IMG/VR virus record: IMGVR_UViG_3300008262_000008 | Reading direction: 5' to 3' (one strand) | DNA: 64,000 nucleotides | Source of the DNA: a virus | Shown: positions 56,877 through 64,000 of the stretch, piece after piece | Position numbering within the stretch: the stretch's first letter is position 1 | Layout of the letters: every line of letters begins with the position of its first letter | Notes under the pieces: generated by a model | Database searches by the model: none | What the model saw: only the letters and a program-made list of their open reading frames with translations | What the model was told of the DNA's origin: nothing | Position numbers and translations under genes: made by a program

Positions 56877-56964
56877 CGGAAGAGAAGAGATTCGAACTCT
56901 TGGAAGGATTAACTCCTTCGACGGTTTAGCAAACCGCTGCCTTCAACCACTCAGCCACTCTTCC
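56877..56964 (-). tRNA. trnS: tRNA-Ser(GCU)
   Basis: GGAAGAGTGGCTGAGTGGTTGAAGGC...TTGCTAA... Confidence 0.93.
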
Positions 56965-56975
56965 AGTAAGATAGT

Positions 56976-57004
56976 ATCTTACTATGCCTTTTCTCTTTTG
57001 TCAA
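56976..57004 (-). promoter_or_regulatory. sigma70 promoter for tRNA-Ser(GCU)
   Basis: TTGACA-N17-TAAGAT. Confidence 0.75.
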
Positions 57005-57377
57005 GCATTTTGACCTGATGCCAAGCAGATTTATGTTTCCTCTCTACCTTTCTAACTTCTTTGAAAAATCTTTTATCATCCCACTGTTCGGTTGCTCGCT
57101 TCTCATGAAGTTTTGCAAGATCACGAATTTCGGCAAGTTGTCTTTCAATTAAGAAAGATTTATTATCAAATGCTTTATCAATAGCATCGATATTCTCACT
57201 ATTAAATTCTTCAATAAATTCTTTTGGAACTTCTAATTCTTCCAAATTTTCTGGAAGTTCTGGTACAACTTCCTCTGCAACTATTTCTTGTGTTCCTTCA
57301 TGAATAACAAGATCTTCTTCTGTCAGATTTAAATCTTCCAATGCTTCTTTAATAAATTGTTCTTTATCCATAATCAT
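56982..57377 (-). CDS. hypothetical protein, acidic N-half
   Basis: ORF track. Confidence 0.6.
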   Translation of the reverse strand: MIMDKEQFIKEALEDLNLTEEDLVIHEGTQEIVAEEVVPELPENLEELEVPKEFIEEFNSENIDAIDKAFDNKSFLIERQLAEIRDLAKLHEKRATEQWDDKRFFKEVRKVERKHKSAWHQVKMLDKREKA

Positions 57378-57784
57378 TGATTAAAAGTTCCTGATGGTAC
57401 TGCTGTAATAACTGTTTCTCCTGGAATAACAGGATCTGCATAATATCCAGACGCTAATTCATATGCGGGATATGATTTTATATAATTTGTAATGTCAGTT
57501 TTTAACCCTAAAATAAAAGGATCTTCTATGTAATCATTTGCATATACAAAAGTTAATTCTCCCTGAGTATTATACCCATACCCAACAATAGGATTATAAT
57601 AAAGCATATCCAAAAATTGTTTTCTAGAATCTGCATCCTGAGGAAAGGTATCCAGATTAGTATAATCTGTAAGAGTTGTTTTGTCAACTAAATTTGGATC
57701 TGTAGTGACTTTTGGAACAACTACTATATCTGGATCACATACGGGTCCTAAAGTTCCATATGCAGGAATAGCATTTGATGCCAT
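57374..57784 (-). CDS. hypothetical protein
   Basis: ORF track. Confidence 0.6.
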   Translation of the reverse strand: MASNAIPAYGTLGPVCDPDIVVVPKVTTDPNLVDKTTLTDYTNLDTFPQDADSRKQFLDMLYYNPIVGYGYNTQGELTFVYANDYIEDPFILGLKTDITNYIKSYPAYELASGYYADPVIPGETVITAVPSGTFNQ

Positions 57785-57805
57785 AAAAATAAAACTATTG
57801 TTAAA

Positions 57806-57922
57806 TTATTTAGTTGTCTTTCTTTTAGCAGGAGGAACATAGTCTTTGGGAGGTCTATAGAGATTTGGCCATGTATCTCTAATAATTTCTGCAAGTTTGT
57901 ATGGTGTTTCTTTGTCGATCAT
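57806..57922 (-). CDS. small hypothetical protein (38 aa)
   Basis: Hand translation MIDKETPYKLAEIIRDTWPNLYRPPKDYVPPAKRKTTK. Confidence 0.55.
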   Translation of the reverse strand: MIDKETPYKLAEIIRDTWPNLYRPPKDYVPPAKRKTTK

Positions 57923-57928
57923 AAGCAT

Positions 57929-57953
57929 TAAAAAGGGGGTAAAATACCCCCTT
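57929..57953 (-). terminator. psbA intrinsic terminator
   Basis: AAGGGGGTA-TTT-TACCCCCTT-TTT. Confidence 0.85.
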
Positions 57954-57975
57954 AATTTAGTTATATTTTAAAATA

Positions 57976-59055
57976 TCAACCGATTGCAGGTGCAGTCAGA
58001 GCAACAGGAGTGCTAGAAGCAGCAGCAAGATCGAGAGGGAAGTTATGAGCATTACGCTCGTGCATCACTTCAAAACCGAGGTTAGCACGGTTGAGAATGT
58101 CTGCCCAAGTGTTGATAACACGTCCCTCCGACGAAAGGAGAGACTGGTTAAAGTTAAATCCGTTGAGGTTAAATGCCATCGTGGATACACCCAATGCCGC
58201 GAACCAAATTCCCACGACAGGCCATGCTGCGAGGAAGAAGTGTAGCGAGCGAGAATTGTTGAATGATGCATATTGGAAGATAAGACGACCAAAGTAACCA
58301 TGTGCAGCTACGATGTTGTATGTTTCTTCTTCTTGTCCGAACTTGTATCCATAGTTCTGCGATTCGGTTTCAGTTGTTTCACGGACGAGGGAACTAGTGA
58401 CCAAAGATCCATGCATAGCAGAGAAAAGAGAACCACCAAATACACCAGCCACCCCAAGCATGTGGAAAGGGTGCATGAGGATATTATGTTCCGCCTGGAA
58501 AACAAGCATGTAATTAAATGTTCCTGAAATGCCGAGAGGCATAGCATCAGAGAAGGAACCTTGTCCAAATGGATATACGAGGAACACTGCAGAAGCAGCA
58601 GCAACGGGTGCGCTGTAGGCAACACAAATCCAAGGACGCATACCAAGTCGGTAAGAAAGTTCCCATTCACGACCCATGTAGGCATAGATACCAATCAGAA
58701 AGTGGAAGACGACCAGTTGAAATGGTCCACCATTATATAGCCACTCATCGAGAGAGGCAGCTTCCCAGATGGGATAGAAGTGAAGACCAATAGCGTTGCT
58801 TGAAGGAACAACAGCACCAGAAATGATGTTGTTTCCCCACATCAATGAACCAGAAACAGGTTCACGGATGCCATCAATGTCCACTGGGGGAGCACCGATA
58901 AAGGCGATGATGAAACACGTCGCTGCAGCAAGCAGCGTTGGGATCATCAACACACCGAACCAGCCAACATATAGGCGATTGTTCGTTGAAGTAACCCACT
59001 GACAAAACTGTTCCCAGGAGTTAGTAGATTGTCTTTGAGCAATTGTAGCAGTCAT
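57976..59055 (-). CDS. psbA: photosystem II D1 protein
   Basis: Full-length D1 ([22 protein letters not shown]); Gln130; no intron. Confidence 0.99.
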   Translation of the reverse strand: MTATIAQRQSTNSWEQFCQWVTSTNNRLYVGWFGVLMIPTLLAAATCFIIAFIGAPPVDIDGIREPVSGSLMWGNNIISGAVVPSSNAIGLHFYPIWEAASLDEWLYNGGPFQLVVFHFLIGIYAYMGREWELSYRLGMRPWICVAYSAPVAAASAVFLVYPFGQGSFSDAMPLGISGTFNYMLVFQAEHNILMHPFHMLGVAGVFGGSLFSAMHGSLVTSSLVRETTETESQNYGYKFGQEEETYNIVAAHGYFGRLIFQYASFNNSRSLHFFLAAWPVVGIWFAALGVSTMAFNLNGFNFNQSLLSSEGRVINTWADILNRANLGFEVMHERNAHNFPLDLAAASSTPVALTAPAIG

Positions 59056-59065
59056 AATCGTTAAA

Positions 59066-59170
59066 AGAATAGTAAGACCATCAGGGAAATGGTGGAGATA
59101 CTATGCTCCCTGCACCCTCAGCAGGGATATGAGAGACGTGATTTATACACCCTAGAGGTCTCGGTTTTCG
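59066..59170 (-). ncRNA. PhotoRC-II-like psbA leader RNA
   Basis: TCCCTGC-TGAGGGT-GCAGGGA and ACCAT-TTCCCTG-ATGGT hairpins in the psbA 5' UTR, as recalled for cyanophage PhotoRC-II; boundaries approximate. Confidence 0.75.
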
Positions 59171-59212
59171 GGGTGTTCGGAACGTTAAGAAATGTTTCGT
59201 TTCCTTAACACT

Positions 59213-59246
59213 TATTTATAATACTACGGTTCCCCGTCCCTGTCAA
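59213..59246 (-). promoter_or_regulatory. composite early+late psbA promoter
   Basis: TTGACA(59246-41)-N17-TATTAT(59223-18) overlapping TATAAATA(59220-13). Confidence 0.85.
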
Positions 59247-59251
59247 GCCCC

Positions 59252-61300
59252 CTAGAACCTGAATTTGACCTTTGCTGCCACTGAATTAGTTGTCACACCG
59301 TCCGATACCCCATGGGATCCTTCGACAAATAAGACTTCCTTATAGTCTAATGCTGAGGTAACCCCATAAGAATTATCAGTGCCATAAGCACCATCAACAC
59401 TGACACCAAAAACATCGTTCTTCTTGCCTCCAAATCTAGTTTCTAGTTTGAGACCTGCTTCTCCAACATGTGTAGTCTGATTGAATGCTTCAACAGTTCT
59501 TGCTGACTGTGGATACCACTGTTCAGTATATCCTTCTCTTGTCATATTATGTGCTGTGTGACCTACAAATGGAGAAATCCATTTTGCAACATGCCAGTAC
59601 AAACGATTAGATACCCACCACTCTTTACCTGTTGTTTGACCTCTATTGTAAAAAACATTCTCAACAGTTCTTTGAATATCATATGTGCTATTTGCCATAG
59701 CAGCATTAGTAATCAAAGAGAATGTATTTCCATGGAAGCTATTGAAGATACCATAATGTTCTTTGTTTTGTTTAGAAATACTATCAACACCAACTAAATC
59801 AATTTGAATATTATTATATTGACCCCCAATAGTCCATCCTTTACTGAGATCCAATTCAAATCCACCACCATAAATTTGAGACTTTCCATCATATCCATCA
59901 GCATTATATGATTGAGCAAAGTAATTTTTATTAAATACTCTAAACTTCTGTTTAGTTTGTGATGGTTCATGATTAAGAAGGCTATTAATTCCACCATTAA
60001 TTCCATCAAGAACTTCTAGTTGATCAACACGACCATAAAGATCTCTGTAAGTATGATACTCATCATATCTTGTGGAAGCAACATAAGTATCAACTGGTGT
60101 TCCATTTGTTACAGTATCATTTCCATTTGCATCAGTTGTTGTGATAACAGGAGTAGTTGTAACAGTTGTAAGTAATGGAGTTGTTACTCCAGTTGTAACA
60201 TGAATATTCACTTTTTGGGTTCCACTACTTTCAGTTGCTGTGAAAGTAGGAGTGTTAACAACTGTAGGCGCACCAGATACTACAGTATTGTAAGCATAAG
60301 ATGGTCTAGTAATTGCTGTAGATTGTAAAGCAGAAGCAGTTACAGCAGATGTTCCAGTTCCATCAGAAGATGAAGTAGTAACAACTGCTGTTCCATTTGA
60401 TGTGGTTGTGGAACCATCAGAATATGTGGTGGTTGTAACTGGTGTTGTAGTTGTGGTTGTTGTAGTAACTGGAATTGTAGTAACTACCGTGTCTGTGTAG
60501 GTTCTAACAACAGGATTACCGTCAGCGTCAGTAGAAGCGTCAGTTCTAGTAACATAAGATGTCTCCGTTCTTGTTGAGGATGACGAAGAAGTTGTAACCT
60601 GATTTGTAGTTGAAGTTCCAGTTACAGTTGGAGTTGGATTGCCTGCGGCAGCACCCTGAGCTGGAGTTGCTAATGTAGTAAATCCATAACTAGATGGAAT
60701 AGTACATTGTGCTGGAGCAAGTGTTGTGTCTTGGCAAAGTCCAGCATAAGTTCCTAACTGAATAGACGAGGTATTTGCTGTATTGTTACCAGATACATCA
60801 AACGAAACTGTGTATTGTGTTCCAGCATCTAGATTAACACCCTGATAGATGCCATCAAATGTTCCTACAGCACCGTCATACCACATTCCGTTAGTCCATG
60901 TTCCAGCAGCAGCAGGATAGGTTCCGTTCTGATACCAGACACCCCAGTTAGTTGGCGCTTGAATATTAGATGGTCCGTTGCTGGTTGTGATGCTGAATGC
61001 TCCACCAGTAGTGAAGTCACCATTCGTTAAAAGATTGACCGTAGATCCTGGAGCATACAATCTAACGTTATCAAACGACCAGAATGCTGGGTCTTGGCGG
61101 AAAGCAAAACCTACAAAGTTAGCACCACTAGTAGAGGGAGTGTAATTGTAGGTATAAGTTTGCCATGTGTTTGGAGTGTTGCCAGTAACTGTTCCGATGT
61201 ATCCTGGTGGCAATACTCCTGGTTGAGCGAATGCTGCTGTTGGCACTCCAAAAAAGAGCGCAGACGCTGCAGCGAGCGTCTTTTGCGTGTTAGTAGACAT
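59252..61300 (-). CDS. autotransporter-like surface protein
   Basis: Signal peptide, carbohydrate-binding-like N-domain, Thr-rich stalk, beta-barrel-like C-terminus ending VKFRF. Confidence 0.6.
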   Translation of the reverse strand: MSTNTQKTLAAASALFFGVPTAAFAQPGVLPPGYIGTVTGNTPNTWQTYTYNYTPSTSGANFVGFAFRQDPAFWSFDNVRLYAPGSTVNLLTNGDFTTGGAFSITTSNGPSNIQAPTNWGVWYQNGTYPAAAGTWTNGMWYDGAVGTFDGIYQGVNLDAGTQYTVSFDVSGNNTANTSSIQLGTYAGLCQDTTLAPAQCTIPSSYGFTTLATPAQGAAAGNPTPTVTGTSTTNQVTTSSSSSTRTETSYVTRTDASTDADGNPVVRTYTDTVVTTIPVTTTTTTTTPVTTTTYSDGSTTTSNGTAVVTTSSSDGTGTSAVTASALQSTAITRPSYAYNTVVSGAPTVVNTPTFTATESSGTQKVNIHVTTGVTTPLLTTVTTTPVITTTDANGNDTVTNGTPVDTYVASTRYDEYHTYRDLYGRVDQLEVLDGINGGINSLLNHEPSQTKQKFRVFNKNYFAQSYNADGYDGKSQIYGGGFELDLSKGWTIGGQYNNIQIDLVGVDSISKQNKEHYGIFNSFHGNTFSLITNAAMANSTYDIQRTVENVFYNRGQTTGKEWWVSNRLYWHVAKWISPFVGHTAHNMTREGYTEQWYPQSARTVEAFNQTTHVGEAGLKLETRFGGKKNDVFGVSVDGAYGTDNSYGVTSALDYKEVLFVEGSHGVSDGVTTNSVAAKVKFRF

Positions 61301-61428
61301 AAAAATACTTCGATAATTTGACATTCACAAATCAAACCAAAGTTTAATAAGCAAGCACCAAATTACCGAAGTAATTTGCTATTTAATTCAGACCAAGACC
61401 ATTTTTTAATCCAAGCCTATTTATCTAA

Positions 61429-61548
61429 TCAAAGAATGCCAGGAATAATTTGACCAGTGATCAGATAAGAACCGACGCCAGCAACGAAACCAAGCATTGC
61501 CAGACGTGCGTTGAGGATCTCTGCCTCAGGGGTAAAACCGAATTTCAT
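61429..61548 (-). CDS. hli: high-light-inducible protein
   Basis: AEILNARLAMLGF (ExxNxRxAM). Confidence 0.92.
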   Translation of the reverse strand: MKFGFTPEAEILNARLAMLGFVAGVGSYLITGQIIPGIL

Positions 61549-61549
61549 T

Positions 61550-62074
61550 TTAGTTCTCCTTTGAATAGTTGTTTCTAAGATAATTAAGTACAGTTTCAGG
61601 ATTGCTAACTTCGTAAGGATCAACAGGGCAGTTACCCACCTTGCCAGGCTCCTCGAACATCATTTCAATCTCGCCATCGTTCACCACCATAGCATAACGC
61701 CAGGAACGGAAACCGAAACCTAGGTTCGCCTTAGTGACAGACATACCCATAGCGTAAGTAAACTCACCGCTACCGTCAGGAATGGGTCGAACATTTTTTA
61801 CCTCTTGTTGTTTGAACCAAGCGTTCATAACAAAACTGTCATTGACTGACAGACAATACACTTCATCAATATTATATGATTTGATTTCATCATACCTCAA
61901 ATCATATCCAGGCAATTGAAATGAGCTACAAGTAGGAGTAAATGCTCCAGGAAGTGCAAAAACTACTACACGTTTACCTACAAAGAGATCAGAGGTAGTT
62001 ACATCCTTCCACTCATAATCGTCATCAAACGTGCGAACACGGGTTTTAAAAGTTACTTCAGGTACTCGGGTCAT
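61550..62074 (-). CDS. peroxiredoxin (Prx5-like)
   Basis: ALPGAFTPTCS; SVND.FVM.AW; DGSGEFT; RSWRY. Confidence 0.92.
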   Translation of the reverse strand: MTRVPEVTFKTRVRTFDDDYEWKDVTTSDLFVGKRVVVFALPGAFTPTCSSFQLPGYDLRYDEIKSYNIDEVYCLSVNDSFVMNAWFKQQEVKNVRPIPDGSGEFTYAMGMSVTKANLGFGFRSWRYAMVVNDGEIEMMFEEPGKVGNCPVDPYEVSNPETVLNYLRNNYSKEN

Positions 62075-62267
62075 GTTTTTGTTTCAGTTCAGGATTAAGG
62101 TTACAAATAAGTTTTTCTTTTACAGGTTTGATGACAATAAACTTGTCACTCTTGAGGGTGCCTGCGATCTTGACTTCTAGTTTTGCATCTCGATCCCAGG
62201 CGCCACTCTCAACTAGTTCTTGAAGGGCAAGATTAAATTGCCCTAACATATCACCTGTTGTGATCAC
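62058..62267 (-). CDS. hypothetical cyanophage protein
   Basis: ORF track. Confidence 0.65.
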   Translation of the reverse strand: MITTGDMLGQFNLALQELVESGAWDRDAKLEVKIAGTLKSDKFIVIKPVKEKLICNLNPELKQKHDPST

Positions 62268-62557
62268 AGGTTTTCTTCCTGTTCGGTAAGGATCACACAG
62301 TCGCTAGTTGGATATGCTACACAGGTTAGCACCCAACCTTCAGCAAGTTGATCATCATCAAGGAATGATTGTTCCTCGTTATCAACAGTGCCGCTGATTA
62401 GTTTACCAGCACATGCAGAGCAGGCACCAGCTTTACATGAAGAGGGAAGGTCAACACCTGCCTCTTCAGCAGCTTCAAGAATATATTGATCGTCAGGACA
62501 TTGAATAGTCGTTTCGGATCCATCGGGAGATTGAAGCGTAATGTTGTAAACAGTCAT
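62264..62557 (-). CDS. petF: plant-type [2Fe-2S] ferredoxin
   Basis: [15 protein letters not shown]...VLTCVAYP. Confidence 0.96.
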   Translation of the reverse strand: MTVYNITLQSPDGSETTIQCPDDQYILEAAEEAGVDLPSSCKAGACSACAGKLISGTVDNEEQSFLDDDQLAEGWVLTCVAYPTSDCVILTEQEENL

Positions 62558-62643
62558 CAGTAAGTCTCACAAAGTTTTTCTACAGAGATTGCCAGCAATA
62601 CGAAGAAGGCAACGGAAGTCATTGTAAACAAAAGTGAAGTCAT
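62557..62643 (-). CDS. 28-aa single-TM peptide
   Basis: Hand translation [28 protein letters not shown]; TGATG overlap with petF. Confidence 0.55.
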   Translation of the reverse strand: MTSLLFTMTSVAFFVLLAISVEKLCETY

Positions 62644-62657
62644 TGTCAAGCCCTCAG

Positions 62658-62861
62658 TCAGAAGATCCCGAAGAAGAGTTTACCAGTGCCAACATAAGAA
62701 ACGAGCCCAGCAATAATGCCGACCATAGCCCAACGTCCATTGTACATCTCCGTCATTTGCATAGGGGTCAGAAGACCTTTACGATTGTATTCTTGATAAA
62801 CCATTTCAGGTTCTTTGGCCCACATGTTTTGCTGGCCATACTCATTGGTTGTTACAGTCAT
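62658..62861 (-). CDS. hli: high-light-inducible protein
   Basis: NMWAKEP...EMYNGRWAMVG. Confidence 0.92.
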   Translation of the reverse strand: MTVTTNEYGQQNMWAKEPEMVYQEYNRKGLLTPMQMTEMYNGRWAMVGIIAGLVSYVGTGKLFFGIF

Positions 62862-62888
62862 TGTACATTCATTAAGAATTGTTACAGT

Positions 62889-62923
62889 AGTATATATGAA
62901 AAAGGGGGGCATGTCAACCCCCC
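62889..62923 (-). promoter_or_regulatory. early promoter embedded in an intrinsic terminator
   Basis: TTGACA(62917-12)-N17-TATACT(62894-89); G6-TTGACATG-C6-T5. Confidence 0.85.
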
Positions 62924-62965
62924 AAATGTTTTTGTATCCTGACAAACTAAGTATAAATGCTTACA

Positions 62966-63217
62966 TTAATCGTCTTTAACATAGCATGGAACTGTGTCTG
63001 GATCCAACCATTTAGTATATTCAAAATCTTCTATTGCTGTCATAAGTTGCATTTCATTATCACATAGGTACATGTCACGATATCGACCAGTATACGAACA
63101 CATTTTTTGAATGCGATAGTCTGGCATACCATTGATTTCAAGGGTGCCTACTTGTACATAACGATAAGGAAAACGCTCAACGATTGTCTTCACGAGGTTT
63201 CGGTTTGTTACACTCAT
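62966..63217 (-). CDS. conserved cyanophage hypothetical protein
   Basis: RFPYRYVQVG.LE.NG.PDYRIQK. Confidence 0.7.
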   Translation of the reverse strand: MSVTNRNLVKTIVERFPYRYVQVGTLEINGMPDYRIQKMCSYTGRYRDMYLCDNEMQLMTAIEDFEYTKWLDPDTVPCYVKDD

Positions 63218-63392
63218 TACAATAATAGGAGAACCCAGAACGAAAGTATTTTACCACCTGATAGTGGTCGCTGTCAAGGGGGTATTCAGTGTGACACTTA
63301 GAGCACTGTCTAGTCCCACCACCAGCAGAGGTTTGTGAGCGTGTTGAGGAACTGTTCATGATAGACTGTACGACTTGGATTAGGTTTGCCAT
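63177..63392 (-). CDS. possible zinc-finger (CxxC..CxxC) protein overlapping a promoter
   Basis: CSKC...CNEC; start uncertain; overlaps both neighbours. Confidence 0.4.
   Translation of the reverse strand: MANLIQVVQSIMNSSSTRSQTSAGGGTRQCSKCHTEYPLDSDHYQVVKYFRSGFSYYCNECNKPKPREDNR
63248..63277 (-). promoter_or_regulatory. sigma70 promoter
   Basis: TTGACA-N18-TAAAAT with upstream GACAGT-N6-AGTGTC imperfect palindrome. Confidence 0.65.
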
Positions 63393-63891
63393 CTTTCATG
63401 TCTTGGAGATACTGTATTATACCACGAACTACTGGGGTGTCTTGGAAGTATTCGTGCATTCGATAACAATCAAACTTCTCAATGTATTCTACAAAACCAT
63501 GCAAAGGATCCATGTTGCGACGATACCCATAGATGAATACATCTCCATCTTTGATACCTTCTTTGTTGATGATGTCAAGCTTATAAAACTTTTCACCGTC
63601 TTCATTTACTTCTTCTTTTTCTCTATCAAACTTAAAGTGAAGACCATCGTAATACTTATCATGTAACTCTTCGTCTGGTGCTACACGAACTCTCTCATTC
63701 TCTTTCAGAATGTATTCCATGCGACCTTTCGCATCTTCGTCGGTCAAACGGAATACGATGTTGCCGATGTAGTAATCTACTGGACCACCACACATATTAT
63801 TAGACCTTTTCTTTCTGAATGAGAGATGAGTAATCTCAAATCCAGGGTCTTCATCTTCAGTTTCAACTAATCCTTGTGAAATCATAATCAA
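63310..63891 (-). CDS. hypothetical protein
   Basis: ORF track. Confidence 0.65.
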   Translation of the reverse strand: MIMISQGLVETEDEDPGFEITHLSFRKKRSNNMCGGPVDYYIGNIVFRLTDEDAKGRMEYILKENERVRVAPDEELHDKYYDGLHFKFDREKEEVNEDGEKFYKLDIINKEGIKDGDVFIYGYRRNMDPLHGFVEYIEKFDCYRMHEYFQDTPVVRGIIQYLQDMKDGKPNPSRTVYHEQFLNTLTNLCWWWD

Positions 63892-64000
63892 TAACGCTCA
63901 GGAATTTTATCGTAATCTAATGGATGGTCTTGTTTCTTTTCTTGCTTACGAAACTTTTTGAGATCTTCAAACAATGCTTTGATTTTTTTGTATGCTTCGT
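63888..64000 (-). CDS. hypothetical protein (3' end only)
   Basis: ...KALFEDLKKFRKQEKKQDHPLDYDKIPERY*; ATGA overlap. Confidence 0.5.
   Translation of the reverse strand, partial: EAYKKIKALFEDLKKFRKQEKKQDHPLDYDKIPERY

Noticed and set aside
57976-59055. Group I intron or unusual D1 isoform in psbA
   Set aside because: The ORF is continuous and ordinary (Gln130). tRNA-Leu(UAA) also lacks an intron.
1-64000. Stop-codon reassignment
   Set aside because: Core genes are full length in the standard code and end in TAA, TAG or TGA; no suppressor tRNA seen.

Overview
A 64-kb segment of a T4-like cyanophage (cyanomyovirus) genome, coded almost entirely on the minus strand; only gp48 and gp53 are on plus. 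1-15.7 kb is an early/accessory region of small ORFs divided by host-type sigma70 promoters. It holds an SF2 helicase, an HNH nuclease, an RlpA-like protein, a pyrimidine-dimer-glycosylase-like protein and a Dam-type methylase. 15.7-32 kb is a late tail-fibre region: three large fibre/structural genes, a fibre stub, nine small beta-rich paralogues in two subfamilies and two chaperone-like genes. These run directly into a SAM methyltransferase, a flavin-dependent halogenase and a 2OG-Fe(II) oxygenase. 32-49 kb has tRNAs, speD, a gp5-like hub, a tail lysozyme, cp12, two paralogous tape-measure-like murein hydrolases and baseplate/head genes (gp51, 26, 54-like, 2, 4, 48, 53). 49-56 kb has gp32, gp59, gp33, an exonuclease, phoH, thyX, RNase H and glutaredoxin. 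56-64 kb has tRNAs, an OMP-like gene, psbA with a PhotoRC-II-like leader, an autotransporter-like gene, two hli, a peroxiredoxin and petF. The best leads are (i) the halogenase/methyltransferase/oxygenase cassette coupled to a Trp/His-rich paralogue array with DNA-level shuffling patches, (ii) a GATC-containing palindromic operator at fixed spacing before five early promoters, and (iii) a two-state RNA leader before the autotransporter-like gene. All protein calls come from motif recognition by eye; no database search was run.
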